From Myxococcota bacterium (GTDB taxonomy: Bacteria; Myxococcota_A; Polyangia; Polyangiales; Sandaracinaceae), in contig JAYZQJ010000204.1 in NCBI GenBank assembly GCA_036149055.1, positions 19,174-83,173 of the forward strand: 64,000 nt of DNA, read 5' to 3'. Under the pieces are notes generated by a model, which made no database searches, was not told the DNA's origin, and worked only from the letters and a program-made list of their open reading frames with translations. Of the stretch, positions 54,168 through 63,894 are shown piece after piece. Positions within the stretch are counted from its first letter, which is position 1; each line of letters starts with the position of its first letter. Made by a program: the position numbers and the translations under genes.

Positions 54168-55267
54168 AGAAGAACACCGAGACCGAGCTGCTCCGGCTGC
54201 CGCCGGAGAGGCGCTTCGCCGACGAGCTCGGCGCGCTCGAGGCCGAGGACGCGCCCCGGCCTCCCGGGTGGCGCATGTCGCCGCGCGCGGTGCGCGCCTT
54301 CCTCGTCGGGGGCGATCACGCGGGGGTGGCCATCCGCAAGAAGTACTACGGCGATCCCACGCTGGTCGATCGGTGCGTGGTGACCCTGATGAGCAACCGC
54401 GGCCTGCTCCTCGTCGGCGAGCCCGGGACGGCCAAGACGATGCTCTCGGAGCTCCTCGCGGCGGCGATCAGCGGCACGAGCCAGAACACGGTCCAGGGCA
54501 GCGCGGGGACCACCGAGGACCACATCAAGTACAGCTGGAACTACGCGCTGCTGCTCGCGAAGGGGCCGTCGCGCGAGGCGCTGGTGCCCTCGCCCGTCTA
54601 CCGCGGCCTGGAGCGCGGCGAGGTGGTCCGCTTCGAGGAGGTCACCCGCTGCGCGCCGGAGATCCAGGACGCGCTGATCAGCGTGCTCAGCGACAAGGTC
54701 ATCCAGGTGCCCGAGCTCGGCGACGACGCCAGCGTGTACGCCCGTCGCGGCTTCAACGTCATCGCGACCGCCAACCTCAGAGACCGCGGCGTGCACGAGA
54801 TGTCGAGCGCGCTCAAGCGTCGCTTCAACTTCGAGCTCGTGCCCGCGATCTCGAGCCCCGAGCTCGAGGTGCGGCTGGTTCGCGAGCAGGCGGAGGAGCT
54901 GCTGCGCGAGTCCGAGGTCGAGGTGACCCTGCCGGAGGACGTGATCGGGCTGCTCGTGACCACGTTCCAGGAGCTGCGCCGTGGGAAGAGCCTCGAAGGG
55001 CAGCAGATCGAGAAGCCGTCCGCCGTCATGTCCACCGCCGAGGCGGTCGCGGTCGCCTTCTCTTCCGCCCTGGACGCGGCCTGGTTCGGCGACGGCACGC
55101 TCTCTCCCGAGCACCTGGTCCGGCACCTGCGGGGCACGGTCACCAAGGACGGCGAGCGCGACCACGAGAAGGTGCGGCAGTACTTCGACGTGGTCGTGAA
55201 GGCGCGCGCCAAGAAGGACCCGCTCTGGAAGCGGCTCCACGCGGCGCGCGATCAGCTGGGCGAATGA
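54164..55267 (+). CDS. yehL: MoxR-like AAA+ ATPase (YehL family)
   Basis: PPGWRMSP, Walker A GEPGTAKT, IKYSWNYALL, Walker B RFEE, ATANLRDRGVHEMSSALKRRFNF, MSTAEAV. Confidence 0.9.
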   Translation: MKKNTETELLRLPPERRFADELGALEAEDAPRPPGWRMSPRAVRAFLVGGDHAGVAIRKKYYGDPTLVDRCVVTLMSNRGLLLVGEPGTAKTMLSELLAAAISGTSQNTVQGSAGTTEDHIKYSWNYALLLAKGPSREALVPSPVYRGLERGEVVRFEEVTRCAPEIQDALISVLSDKVIQVPELGDDASVYARRGFNVIATANLRDRGVHEMSSALKRRFNFELVPAISSPELEVRLVREQAEELLRESEVEVTLPEDVIGLLVTTFQELRRGKSLEGQQIEKPSAVMSTAEAVAVAFSSALDAAWFGDGTLSPEHLVRHLRGTVTKDGERDHEKVRQYFDVVVKARAKKDPLWKRLHAARDQLGE

Positions 55268-57540
55268 GCGACACGGAGGCGGCCGTCGCCGCGCTGAAGG
55301 CGACCCTCGACGCGGCGCCCGCCACCTTCTTCGGCGTGCGGCACCACAGCCCGGTGTGCGCTCGGGCGGTGCGCGACTGGATCCGGGAGCGACGCCCGGC
55401 GGCCGTGCTGATCGAGGCGCCCGCGGACGCGGAGGCCGCGATCCCGCACCTCCTCGACGAGGAGACCGAGGCGCCGGTGGCGATCTACCTGCCGGCGGAG
55501 CGCGGCGCCGCCTACTACCCGCTCTGCGACTACTCGCCGGAGCTGGTGGCGCTCCGCGAGGGGCACGCGGTCGGCGCCTCCCTCCGCTTCATCGACTTGC
55601 CCTACGACCGCCGGGTCCTCGGCGCCGCGCGGCCGGTCTCGGCGCTCGACGAGGCGCACCTCGCCCGGAGCCGCTACGTGACGGAGCTCGCCGCGCGCAC
55701 CGGCTGTCGCGACCTCGACGAGCTGTGGGATCACCTCTTCGAGGAGGGCGCCCGTGCGCTCGACCCGGAGGCCCTCCGCTGGCGGGTGGCGGTCTGGTGT
55801 CAGCTCGCGCGCCTGGAGTACGCCGACGAGGCGCTGGAGGCCGATGGCACCCTGGCGCGGGAGCGCGCGATGGCGTGGCACGTCCAGCAGGCGGTCGCCG
55901 CGCACCCGGGCGCGCCGATCCTCGTCGTGACCGGCGGGTTCCACACGGTGCACCTGCCTCGGTTGATGCAAGAGAAGCTGGCGGCTCCGCCGCGCGGCGC
56001 CGGCGCGCACTACCTCGTCCCCTACGGGTTCGCGCAGCTCGACGCGCTCGACGGCTACGCCTCGGGCATGCCGGCGCCGGCCTTCTATCAGCGACTCTGG
56101 GAGGGCGAGCTGGACATCGCGGAGCTCGTCGTGGAGCTCGGTCGAGAGGCGCGGGCGCGGGGCCTCGCGGCGGCGGTGTCGGTGGCCGACGAGCTCGCCG
56201 CGGTGACCCAGGCGCGAAACCTCGCGGCCCTCCGGGGGCACGCTCGGCCGACCCGCGACGACCTCCGGGATGCCCTCCAGGGCTGCCTGGAGAAGGGACA
56301 GGCGGCGGTGGTGATGGGGCTGGCGACGGAGCTGCTCGCGGGCGACGCGGTGGGGCGCGTGCCGAGCGCCGCGGGCGCGCCGCCGCTCGTCGCGGACTTC
56401 CGGCGTCGCGCCGACGCGTGCCGCTTCGACCGCTCCCGCACCGGGCGTCGAACGCTCGAGCTCGACGTCTATCGCAAGGCGGCGCATCGCCGCACGAGCC
56501 GGCTGCTGCACGCGCTCGATCTGCTCGAGGTGCCGTACGCGACCCTCATGGACGGGCCGGACTTCATCCGCGGCGTGGGGCTCGAGCGCCGCCGCGAGCG
56601 GTGGGAGCTCTACTGGACGCCCTCGATCGAGGCGGCGCTGATCGACCTCGCGCACACCGGGGCGACGTTGGAGGACGCCTGCTGGACGCGCCTCGAGGCG
56701 ACGCTCACCGCGGCCGAGGAGGAGGGGCGGGGCCGGAGCCTCTCCCTCGCGGCGCGGCTGCTCGCCGAGGCGTGCCGCGTGGGGCTCGGGGACCGACGGT
56801 CGCTGCTGCTCTCGGTCGTGGAACGGTCGGTGCAGGAGGACGGGGCCGTGCCGTCTCTGGCGGCGGGCCTGCGGCAGATCGATCGGCTGGTTCGGGCTGG
56901 CGGCGCGCTCGACACCCGCGGCCTCGCCGCGCTCCCCGAGCTGCGGGCGTCGGCGTACCGCAAGGTCTGCTTCGAGCTGCGGCAGCTGCGGCGACCGAGC
57001 CCGGACGCGGTGGAGGAGGCCTTGGCCGCGGTGCTCACGCTCCGCGAGCTCACGCGCGAGAGCCCCGACGTGTTCCCGGTCGCGCTCCTCGACGACGCGC
57101 TCGCGGAGGTCGCCGAGCGCGCCGCCGCGCCCCCGCTGCGGGGCGGCGCCTGGGCCGCGCGCTTCTCCCTCGGCGCCCTCGACGAGGCCGCGCTCTCCGG
57201 CGCGATCCGCGCCGCGCTCACGAGCGCGATCGAGCCCGCCGCCCGGGTGGCGTTCGTGCGGGGCATGCTCCTGCTGGCGCGCGACGTCGCCTGGCGGGTC
57301 CCGGCCTTCCTCGAGACCGTGGACGCGGTCTTCGAGGAGTGGGACAGCGACACCTTCCTCCGGAGCCTGCCCGAGCTGCGGCTCGCCTTTTCCGAGCTGA
57401 CGCCGCGCGAGATCGACCGGGTCGCCGAGGCGGTGGCGGCGCTCGGCGTGGAGCTCGGTGGGCTGACGTTCGACGACGTGAGCGAGGACGAGGTCGCCTT
57501 CAACCTGCGCGTGCAGCAGGTCGCCGCGGAGGCCCGATGA
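55264..57540 (+). CDS. yehM: DUF5682 family protein (YehM-like)
   Basis: FGVRHHSP, LIEAPAD, YPLCDYSPE, FIDLP, DELWDHLFE, RERAM, VTGGFH, GYASGMPAP, LPELRLAF. Confidence 0.88.
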   Translation: MSDTEAAVAALKATLDAAPATFFGVRHHSPVCARAVRDWIRERRPAAVLIEAPADAEAAIPHLLDEETEAPVAIYLPAERGAAYYPLCDYSPELVALREGHAVGASLRFIDLPYDRRVLGAARPVSALDEAHLARSRYVTELAARTGCRDLDELWDHLFEEGARALDPEALRWRVAVWCQLARLEYADEALEADGTLARERAMAWHVQQAVAAHPGAPILVVTGGFHTVHLPRLMQEKLAAPPRGAGAHYLVPYGFAQLDALDGYASGMPAPAFYQRLWEGELDIAELVVELGREARARGLAAAVSVADELAAVTQARNLAALRGHARPTRDDLRDALQGCLEKGQAAVVMGLATELLAGDAVGRVPSAAGAPPLVADFRRRADACRFDRSRTGRRTLELDVYRKAAHRRTSRLLHALDLLEVPYATLMDGPDFIRGVGLERRRERWELYWTPSIEAALIDLAHTGATLEDACWTRLEATLTAAEEEGRGRSLSLAARLLAEACRVGLGDRRSLLLSVVERSVQEDGAVPSLAAGLRQIDRLVRAGGALDTRGLAALPELRASAYRKVCFELRQLRRPSPDAVEEALAAVLTLRELTRESPDVFPVALLDDALAEVAERAAAPPLRGGAWAARFSLGALDEAALSGAIRAALTSAIEPAARVAFVRGMLLLARDVAWRVPAFLETVDAVFEEWDSDTFLRSLPELRLAFSELTPREIDRVAEAVAALGVELGGLTFDDVSEDEVAFNLRVQQVAAEAR

Positions 57541-58670
57541 GCGACGAGCGCCGCTCGCGCTGGCGACTCGTGCTCGGCCGCTACGCGCGCCGTCACCTCC
57601 CGGACGTGGAGCTGACGGGGGACGCGGGGCGCGCGGCCCGGGCCCTCGACTATCTCTACGGGCGAGAGGGGGCCGGTCGCGGCGAGCTGCACGCGGTCGG
57701 CGCCGACGGCCGCGGCGGCGGGCTCGAGCCGAGCGCGTTGACCATCCCGAAGTGGATCGCCGAGGTGCGCGATCTCTTCCCGAAGGAGACGGTGCAGCGC
57801 ATCCAGCAGCACGCGCTCGAGCGCCATCAGCTCATCGGGCTGCTCGACGACCCGGAGAGCCTGCGCGAGGTCGAGCCGAGCCTGCCCCTGCTGCAGGCGC
57901 TGCTCGCGCTCAAGGACGGGGCGAAGCCCGCGGTGGTGAACGAGATCCGCCGGGTGGTCGACGCGGTCGTGGAGGAGCTCACCCGGCGGCTGGCGAGCGA
58001 CGTCCGGCGGGCCTTCTCCGGCCGGATCGACCGGTTCCGGCGCTCCTCCCTGAAGGTGGCCCAGAACTTCGATGCGCAGCGCACCGTGCGCGAGAACCTG
58101 AAGCGGTGGGACCCGCACGAGAAGCGACTGCTCGTCGAGGCGCCGCGCTTCTTCGCCCGGGTGCGTCGCGAGCTCCCGTGGCGCGTCATCCTGTGCGTCG
58201 ACCAGAGCGGCAGCATGGCCGCGTCGATCGTCTACGCGGCGGTGATGGCCGGCATCTTCGCCAAGCTGCCTGCGATCCGGGTCCACCTGGTGCTATTCGA
58301 CACCGCGGTCGTCGACCTCAGCGAGCGCGTCGACGACCCGACCGAGGTGATCCTCGGGGTGCAGCTCGGGGGCGGCACCAACATCGGGCGGGCCCTCCGC
58401 TACTGCGAAGGGCTGGTCGAGGATCCGCGGCGCACGGTGCTGATCCTGGTCAGCGACTTCGAGGAGGGCGCCTCGGCCCGCACGCTGATGGCGGTCACCG
58501 CGAGGCTGGCCTCCGAAGGGGTGCGGCTGCTCGGGCTCGCCGCGCTCGACGATCGGGGCACGCCGTTCTTCGACCACGCGATGGCCGAGCGGCTCGCGGC
58601 GGTCGGCATGGAGGTGGCGGCGGTCACGCCGAAGCAGCTCGGCGAGTGGCTCGCGCAGGTGATCCGGTGA
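57537..58670 (+). CDS. yehP: vWA domain protein (YehP/CoxE-like)
   Basis: RWRLVLG, ALDYLY, MIDAS DQSGS, FDTAVVDL, QLGGGTNI, VSDF. Confidence 0.9.
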   Translation: MSDERRSRWRLVLGRYARRHLPDVELTGDAGRAARALDYLYGREGAGRGELHAVGADGRGGGLEPSALTIPKWIAEVRDLFPKETVQRIQQHALERHQLIGLLDDPESLREVEPSLPLLQALLALKDGAKPAVVNEIRRVVDAVVEELTRRLASDVRRAFSGRIDRFRRSSLKVAQNFDAQRTVRENLKRWDPHEKRLLVEAPRFFARVRRELPWRVILCVDQSGSMAASIVYAAVMAGIFAKLPAIRVHLVLFDTAVVDLSERVDDPTEVILGVQLGGGTNIGRALRYCEGLVEDPRRTVLILVSDFEEGASARTLMAVTARLASEGVRLLGLAALDDRGTPFFDHAMAERLAAVGMEVAAVTPKQLGEWLAQVIR

Positions 58671-60712
58671 GCCTCCGCCAGACGATCGAGGCGTGCGACG
58701 AGGCCGCCCTCGCGACCCTGGCGAACAAGGGGCTGGTCCGCCGCGCGAAGAAGGATCTCGAGCGCGGCCTCGTCGAGGCGGTCGAGCTCGGTGAGGAGGA
58801 GGCGAGCGTCACGGTGGAGGGCTACACCGTCCGTCTCGACGGGCGGGGCCCGGCCGAGGCGCGCTGCACGTGCCCGGCCGCCGGCAAGTGCCGGCACCTC
58901 GTGGCCGCCGTGCTGTGCCTGCGCGAGCGCTTCGCAGGCGAGGATGGGGACGAGCGCCCCGACGGCTCCCGGCTGCTGTCCGAGCTGCTCGCCCTCCCTC
59001 TCGACGCGGTCGAGCGCTGGGCCGGCAAGCGCAGCATGGCGCGCGCGGTCCGCCTCGCGCGGGTCGAGATCGTCGAGGTGGAGGACGGCGCGTCCGTCCG
59101 GGTCACGCTGCGCGGCGACCGCGAGGTGCGCTTCCTCGACGGCGCCGGCCTCGACGGCGCGCTCTACAAGGGGCCGGACGGCGCGCGGGTCGCGAGCGTC
59201 GCGGCGGCCCTGCTCGGGCTCCGGGCGCGTCACGGGATGCCGCTCCCGGAGGCCGACGGCCCCGGCGCCCTGCCGGCGGTGAAGGGCGCTCTCCGCAGCC
59301 GGGGGGAGTGCGTCGAGGCGGTCCGAGCGCGGTTCGCGCGCGCGGTCGAGCTCGGCCTCGGTCGACGCTCCGAGATCCTGACCGACGGCTCGATCACCCT
59401 CTCGCTCTCGTGCGCGGCCGCGAACCTGCCCCGCCTCGCGGCCTCCGTCCGCGGGGTCGCTCGCGAGCTGCACCGGCTCAACGCGCGCCGGGCCGACGCC
59501 GACGCCGCGCGCACGCTGGAGCGCATCGCCGAGGCCGACGCTCTCGCTCGCGCGCTCGACGGCGAGGCGTCGGACGCCGCGCTGATCGGCGCACACCGCA
59601 GCGAGTACCGTCCCCTCGGAGACCTGCCCCTGGTCGGCGTGGGGGCCTGGCGATTCGCGGCCCCGAGCGGCTACCGCGGCGTGTCGGTGGCGTTCTTCTC
59701 GCCCGCCGACGGGCGCTTCCACACCTGGACCGACACGCGCCCGGCCGGCGTGGACCACGCCTTCGACCCCGACGCGCGCTACCGCGGCGGCGCCCTCTGG
59801 CCCGGGCTGGGGCCGCCCACGGACGCGTGCCGGCGACGCTTCGTGCTCGTCGACGCCCACGGCAACCCCGAGGGGCGCCTGGCGGCGCGGGCGGGGAACC
59901 GGGCCGACGAGGTCGCGGAGGCCACCCCGCTCGAGCTCTCGCTGGGAGACCGAGGTCACGCCGACTGGGCGGCCCTGCGCCGGGCGGTCGCCGCACGCCT
60001 CCCGCTCGGGCTGACCCGCCCGGCCCCGAACGACGCGCTCTACCTCGTGCGCGCGGGGGCGCCGACGGACGTGCGCTTCGACGAGGTGGACCAGGCGCTC
60101 CGCGCGGACCTCGTCGACCCGGCCGGGGAGCGCCTCACCTTGCGGCTCGCCCACGAGCCCGGGCACGAGCGCGCCGTCCGCTGGCTGGCCAGCAAGTCGC
60201 TCTCGGCGCACGAGGGGGCGGCGACGTGGCTGGTCCGCGTGCGACCTCACGGCGCGGCGCTGCTCGCCACCCCACTCTCGGTGTGGCTCCACGGCGCCCC
60301 TCCGCGCCTGGTGAACCTCCACCTCGACGAGACGCCGGCCGAGCGCCGAGCGCCCGCCTGGTGGGGGCGCTGGGCGCAGGCCCGGAAGCGGGGCACGACG
60401 ACGGGCAGGCTGCTCGTCGACGCCGCCGAGGACGAGGAGCCGCCGCCGCCCGCGTGGTCCGCCGGGACCGAGCGCGCGGTGGCCCTGCTCGAAGACGAGC
60501 TGCTGGCCGCGGCGGAGAGCGGCGCGGGGACGCGGCGGGATCCGGACCGCCTGGAGCGGGCCATCGCGCAGCTCCGGCGCCGCGGGCTCGAGCGCCTCGG
60601 CGATCAGGCCGCCGCGTGGAGCGCGGCTCGAGACGCGCGGGGGCTGCTCGCCCTCAGATGGTCGGTGACCCTGCACCGCCACGCGGCGCTCCGGGTCGCG
60701 CTCGGCGGCTGA
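58667..60712 (+). CDS. yehQ: SWIM zinc-finger protein (YehQ-like)
   Basis: LATLANKGLVRRAKKDL; SWIM CTCPAAGKCRH; second degenerate SWIM-like region without Cys; LVGVGAW...SGYRG. Confidence 0.85.
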   Translation: MSLRQTIEACDEAALATLANKGLVRRAKKDLERGLVEAVELGEEEASVTVEGYTVRLDGRGPAEARCTCPAAGKCRHLVAAVLCLRERFAGEDGDERPDGSRLLSELLALPLDAVERWAGKRSMARAVRLARVEIVEVEDGASVRVTLRGDREVRFLDGAGLDGALYKGPDGARVASVAAALLGLRARHGMPLPEADGPGALPAVKGALRSRGECVEAVRARFARAVELGLGRRSEILTDGSITLSLSCAAANLPRLAASVRGVARELHRLNARRADADAARTLERIAEADALARALDGEASDAALIGAHRSEYRPLGDLPLVGVGAWRFAAPSGYRGVSVAFFSPADGRFHTWTDTRPAGVDHAFDPDARYRGGALWPGLGPPTDACRRRFVLVDAHGNPEGRLAARAGNRADEVAEATPLELSLGDRGHADWAALRRAVAARLPLGLTRPAPNDALYLVRAGAPTDVRFDEVDQALRADLVDPAGERLTLRLAHEPGHERAVRWLASKSLSAHEGAATWLVRVRPHGAALLATPLSVWLHGAPPRLVNLHLDETPAERRAPAWWGRWAQARKRGTTTGRLLVDAAEDEEPPPPAWSAGTERAVALLEDELLAAAESGAGTRRDPDRLERAIAQLRRRGLERLGDQAAAWSAARDARGLLALRWSVTLHRHAALRVALGG

Positions 60713-60713
60713 A

Positions 60714-61490
60714 TCACCAGAGAATGGTCGTGCCGATGCCCGCGGTGGGGTCCTCGCCCTGGTCGGTCACGCCGGCGTTGAACTGGGCGTCGACCTGGAC
60801 GTTGGGGGCCACCATCCACATCAGGCCGCCGCCGACCGAGACGTTCAGGTCGTGGGCCTCGCTGGCGATGGCGTAGCTCTGCACGAACACCGAGAGCACG
60901 TCGATCATCTGCCAGGTGAGCTTCAGGCTGCCGCCGCCCTCGAAGTAACGCACGGTCTCGCCGGTCGCGCCGTCGACCGCGGCGACCACGTGGGCGACCG
61001 CGTTGGGGGTCAGGGTCAGAGGGCCCCAGAAGCTCCAGTCGGCCTGGATGTCGGCGAACCAGCCGGCCTCGGGGGCGCCGAAGCCGTCGGTGCCGAGGGG
61101 CACGGAGACCTCCCAGACCGAGCTGATGGCGAGGGTCTCGTGGAGCTGCCCGCCGACCTTGAAGCCCACCGAGGGGTCGTCGACGCCGAAGCGCTCGCCG
61201 GCGTCGGCGAACACACCGACCGCGTTCGGGCCGCGCACCCGCGCCTCGAGCCAGTGGAAGATCCCGAAGCGCATGGACAGGAGGGGCAGCGCCCCGACGG
61301 GCTCGTCCCCGAACTCGACGCTGGCGCCGAGCTCGGTGGTCAGACGCCCCTGGGCCGCGATGCCGGTGGTGTTCGCGAAGCCGGGGCGGTCCGACGTGAA
61401 GGTCGCCGGGAGCTCGGCGTCGTCCTGGGCGTGGGCGACGCCGGCGAGGCCGATCCAGGCGAGAAAAATGTAGTGAAAACGCATGCGCAT
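60714..61490 (-). CDS. Outer-membrane beta-barrel 'transporter' (MetA/phenol-degradation-like family)
   Basis: Signal peptide ...AGVAHA|Q; TSDRPG; alternating beta strands; terminal aromatic W. Confidence 0.75.
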   Translation of the reverse strand: MRMRFHYIFLAWIGLAGVAHAQDDAELPATFTSDRPGFANTTGIAAQGRLTTELGASVEFGDEPVGALPLLSMRFGIFHWLEARVRGPNAVGVFADAGERFGVDDPSVGFKVGGQLHETLAISSVWEVSVPLGTDGFGAPEAGWFADIQADWSFWGPLTLTPNAVAHVVAAVDGATGETVRYFEGGGSLKLTWQMIDVLSVFVQSYAIASEAHDLNVSVGGGLMWMVAPNVQVDAQFNAGVTDQGEDPTAGIGTTILW

Positions 61491-61578
61491 CGCTGGGGCC
61501 ACGCTACCACGGCCGCGAGGGAAGACTGCGCGAGCCGCGTCGTAAGCCACCGACGTGAACCGACCCGGAGCAGTTGCC

Positions 61579-62268
61579 ATGACCTTCGACGACACCTTCA
61601 TCGGCTACGCCCCCACCCCCGAGGACGACCGGACCGCCCAGGCCAGGTTCCCGCGGCCGGAGGATCGCACCTCGGTGGAGACGTTCCGCGGGGACCGCCC
61701 GAAGAGCGACGTGCGTGAGGTCCTGCGGCGGGGAGATACCGAGCGCACCATGTTCACCAACGACATGCTGGAGGAGCTGCGCGCCAAGCTCCGCGAGGCC
61801 GAGGCCCGCGAGGAGTCCGGTGTGCGTCCCACGCCGGTCCCGATGCGCCCCGCGGTGGCTCCGCCGTCGCTCGACGACCTCGACGATCTCGAGATCGACG
61901 TCGAGGAGCCGAAGACCTACGAGGAGCTCGAGGAGGTGCTGACCGCGCTGCCGGAGCTCGAGGTCGCGCTCGCGCCGCAGTCCGAGAGTAACTTCTACGC
62001 GGGCTTCGACGAGTCGCACCCGACCGGGCTGTTCTTCGCGACCTACCGCCGCATGGAGGTGGGGGAGCCGGTCTACCTCGACGTCTTCATGCCGGCTGGC
62101 TACCGCTTCCGCACCCCGGCGGTGGTGGAGTGGGTGCGACCGCCCGAGGCGGCCGAGCCCGGGCTGCCCGCCGGCGTGGGTCTGCAGATGTGCGCCCTCA
62201 ACGCGCGCATGCGGCGCCTGATCCGCACCTTCGCGCGGCACCGGAAGCCGATGTTCTACGTGGGTTAG
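61579..62268 (+). CDS. TIGR02266-type PilZ-like domain protein with acidic N-terminus
   Basis: SD GGAG; SESNFYAGF...GLFFATY...VGEPV...VVEWVR...PAGVGLQ...RKPMFY. Confidence 0.8.
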   Translation: MTFDDTFIGYAPTPEDDRTAQARFPRPEDRTSVETFRGDRPKSDVREVLRRGDTERTMFTNDMLEELRAKLREAEAREESGVRPTPVPMRPAVAPPSLDDLDDLEIDVEEPKTYEELEEVLTALPELEVALAPQSESNFYAGFDESHPTGLFFATYRRMEVGEPVYLDVFMPAGYRFRTPAVVEWVRPPEAAEPGLPAGVGLQMCALNARMRRLIRTFARHRKPMFYVG

Positions 62269-62310
62269 TAGCTCGCCAGCCCTGGCACGGGTCGTGTTAC
62301 GTCGAGTCTC

Positions 62311-63276
62311 ATGACTTCGATGGCACGACTGGGCACGGCCCTGACCCTCCTGCTCGCCGGCTGCGGCACCTCACACCCCGTGGGCGGCGACGCCGAGGTC
62401 CGCACCGGGGACGCCGACACGCCGAGCGGGACCTGCCCGAGCGGCGTCGGGGGACCGAGCGGCGCGGCGCTCGGCGCCTCCCCGAGCGGCGAGGGGCCCT
62501 GGGACGCGACGATCTCCGGCGTCGACGAGACCGGGGTGGAGCTGGGGCTGAGCGACGGTGAGCTGATCCGCTTCCAGTGGGAGGGCACCTCGCTCGACGA
62601 GCTCTCGCCCGGTCAGGCGGCCACGCTCCGGCGCGAGGAGCGCTGGACGGTGCTCGAGGCGGGCGGGGTGTCGCTCTGGGCCCTGCAGGCGTACGGCTTC
62701 GTCGGCGGGGATCTGATCGGCGCCTCGCTCGCGGTCGAGGGCGGACCCGGATCGATGTTCCTCACCGAGGACTGCACCCTGCGCGACGGCACCGGCGGGG
62801 GCTGCGGGGAGCCGCCCCGGCTCGCGCAGATCTACGCGCTCGACGTGGAGGGCGACCGGCTCCGCGCCGGGGAGTCGCGCCGCGCCGACGGCTACGAGGT
62901 CTGGTTCGGCGGCGCCGCTCAGTACCCGGGCTACGGCAGCGACATGTGCGTGGTCGAGGCGGCGTTCATCGCTTCGGTCGCGTTGAAGGTGACGGGCGGC
63001 GCCGGCCGGTCCTGCGAGGACATCGAGGCGGAGTACGACGGGTTGATCGGCGACCACCGCGGCTGCGACAGCGCGGCCGACTGCCAGACGGTGTTCGGTC
63101 ACTGCGGGGTGGGCCTCGGCGGCTGCTACTACTCGATGAACGCCGACCTCTCGGCCGCGATGGGCGTGCTGGCCGACGAGTACGCCGCCGCCGGGTGCAC
63201 CCGCGCGGTGTGCGACTGCCCCGCCCCGCCCGAGACCCACTTCTGCAACATGGGGCAGTGCGACTTCGGGCCCTGA
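62311..63276 (+). CDS. Cys-rich lipoprotein
   Basis: Lipobox LLAGC; C-terminal CDSAADC...CGVGLGGC...C..CDC...C..GQC. Confidence 0.75.
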   Translation: MTSMARLGTALTLLLAGCGTSHPVGGDAEVRTGDADTPSGTCPSGVGGPSGAALGASPSGEGPWDATISGVDETGVELGLSDGELIRFQWEGTSLDELSPGQAATLRREERWTVLEAGGVSLWALQAYGFVGGDLIGASLAVEGGPGSMFLTEDCTLRDGTGGGCGEPPRLAQIYALDVEGDRLRAGESRRADGYEVWFGGAAQYPGYGSDMCVVEAAFIASVALKVTGGAGRSCEDIEAEYDGLIGDHRGCDSAADCQTVFGHCGVGLGGCYYSMNADLSAAMGVLADEYAAAGCTRAVCDCPAPPETHFCNMGQCDFGP

Positions 63277-63764
63277 CCGGCCTGGCGCTCCTCCTGGGCG
63301 CCTGCGCCGCCGACCCCGCGCCCTGCGACGGCGCGGCGTGCAGACCCGACGGGTGCGCCTGCCTCTTCGACGCGGAGTGCGGGCGCGACTTCGCCTGCGA
63401 GTCCTGCGCGTGCGTCGCGCTCTGCGTGGACCGGGACGGCGATGGCTTCGTGGCCGGGGAGGGCTGCACCGTGACGACCGATCGCGACTGCGACGACGAC
63501 GACGCGGGCAGCTTCCCCGGCGCGCCCGAGACCTGCGGCGACGGGATCGATCAGAACTGTCGCGGCGGCGCCGACGAGCGCGTCGCCTGCGGCGAGTGCG
63601 CGACCACCGGGCCGCGCGAGTGCGGCGCCCGGCGCTGCCGAGGGCTGCAGGACTGCGACGCGGCGGGCTTCTGGGGCCCCTGCGTCCCGGTCGTCACGCC
63701 GACCCCCGAGATCTGCGGCAACGACGAGGACGACGACTGCAACGGCGTCATCGACGATTGCTGA
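63258..63764 (+). CDS. Cys-rich lipoprotein with 'putative metal-binding motif' (MopE-like) repeats
   Basis: GTG 63258; lipobox LLGAC; DRDGDGF...DCDD...PGAPETCGDGIDQNC; EICGNDEDDDCNGVIDD. Confidence 0.75.
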   Translation: MRLRALTGLALLLGACAADPAPCDGAACRPDGCACLFDAECGRDFACESCACVALCVDRDGDGFVAGEGCTVTTDRDCDDDDAGSFPGAPETCGDGIDQNCRGGADERVACGECATTGPRECGARRCRGLQDCDAAGFWGPCVPVVTPTPEICGNDEDDDCNGVIDDC

Positions 63765-63770
63765 GTTTTT

Positions 63771-63894
63771 GGGAGGGTTTGGTGCAAACCCTCCCCCCAT
63801 TGGGCGAAGCGCCAATGGGGCCCCCCTCCCGACTCCGTCGGGGCCTCGCGCGCTTCGCGCGCTGGCCCCGCGACCCCAGCGCGGGGCGCTGGGG
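63771..63894. repeat. Chain of five adjacent hairpins (REP-like/structured non-coding element)
   Basis: GGGAGGGTTT-N5-AAACCCTCCC; CCCCATTGG-GCGAAGCG-CCAATGGGG; CCCGAC-TCC-GTCGGG; GGGGCC..GCGCGC-TTC-GCGCGC..GGCCCC; CCCCAGCGC-GGG-GCGCTGGGG. Confidence 0.75.

Noticed and set aside
62283..62299. Possible sigma54 promoter TGGCACGGGTCGTGTTA before the lipoprotein at 62311
   Set aside because: The -24 box is perfect but the -12 has GT instead of the near-invariant GC; too weak to call.
63765..63795. Hairpin next to TTTTT as an intrinsic terminator
   Set aside because: The T-run precedes the stem on the plus strand and reads as an A-run after the stem on the minus strand, so it fits neither direction.
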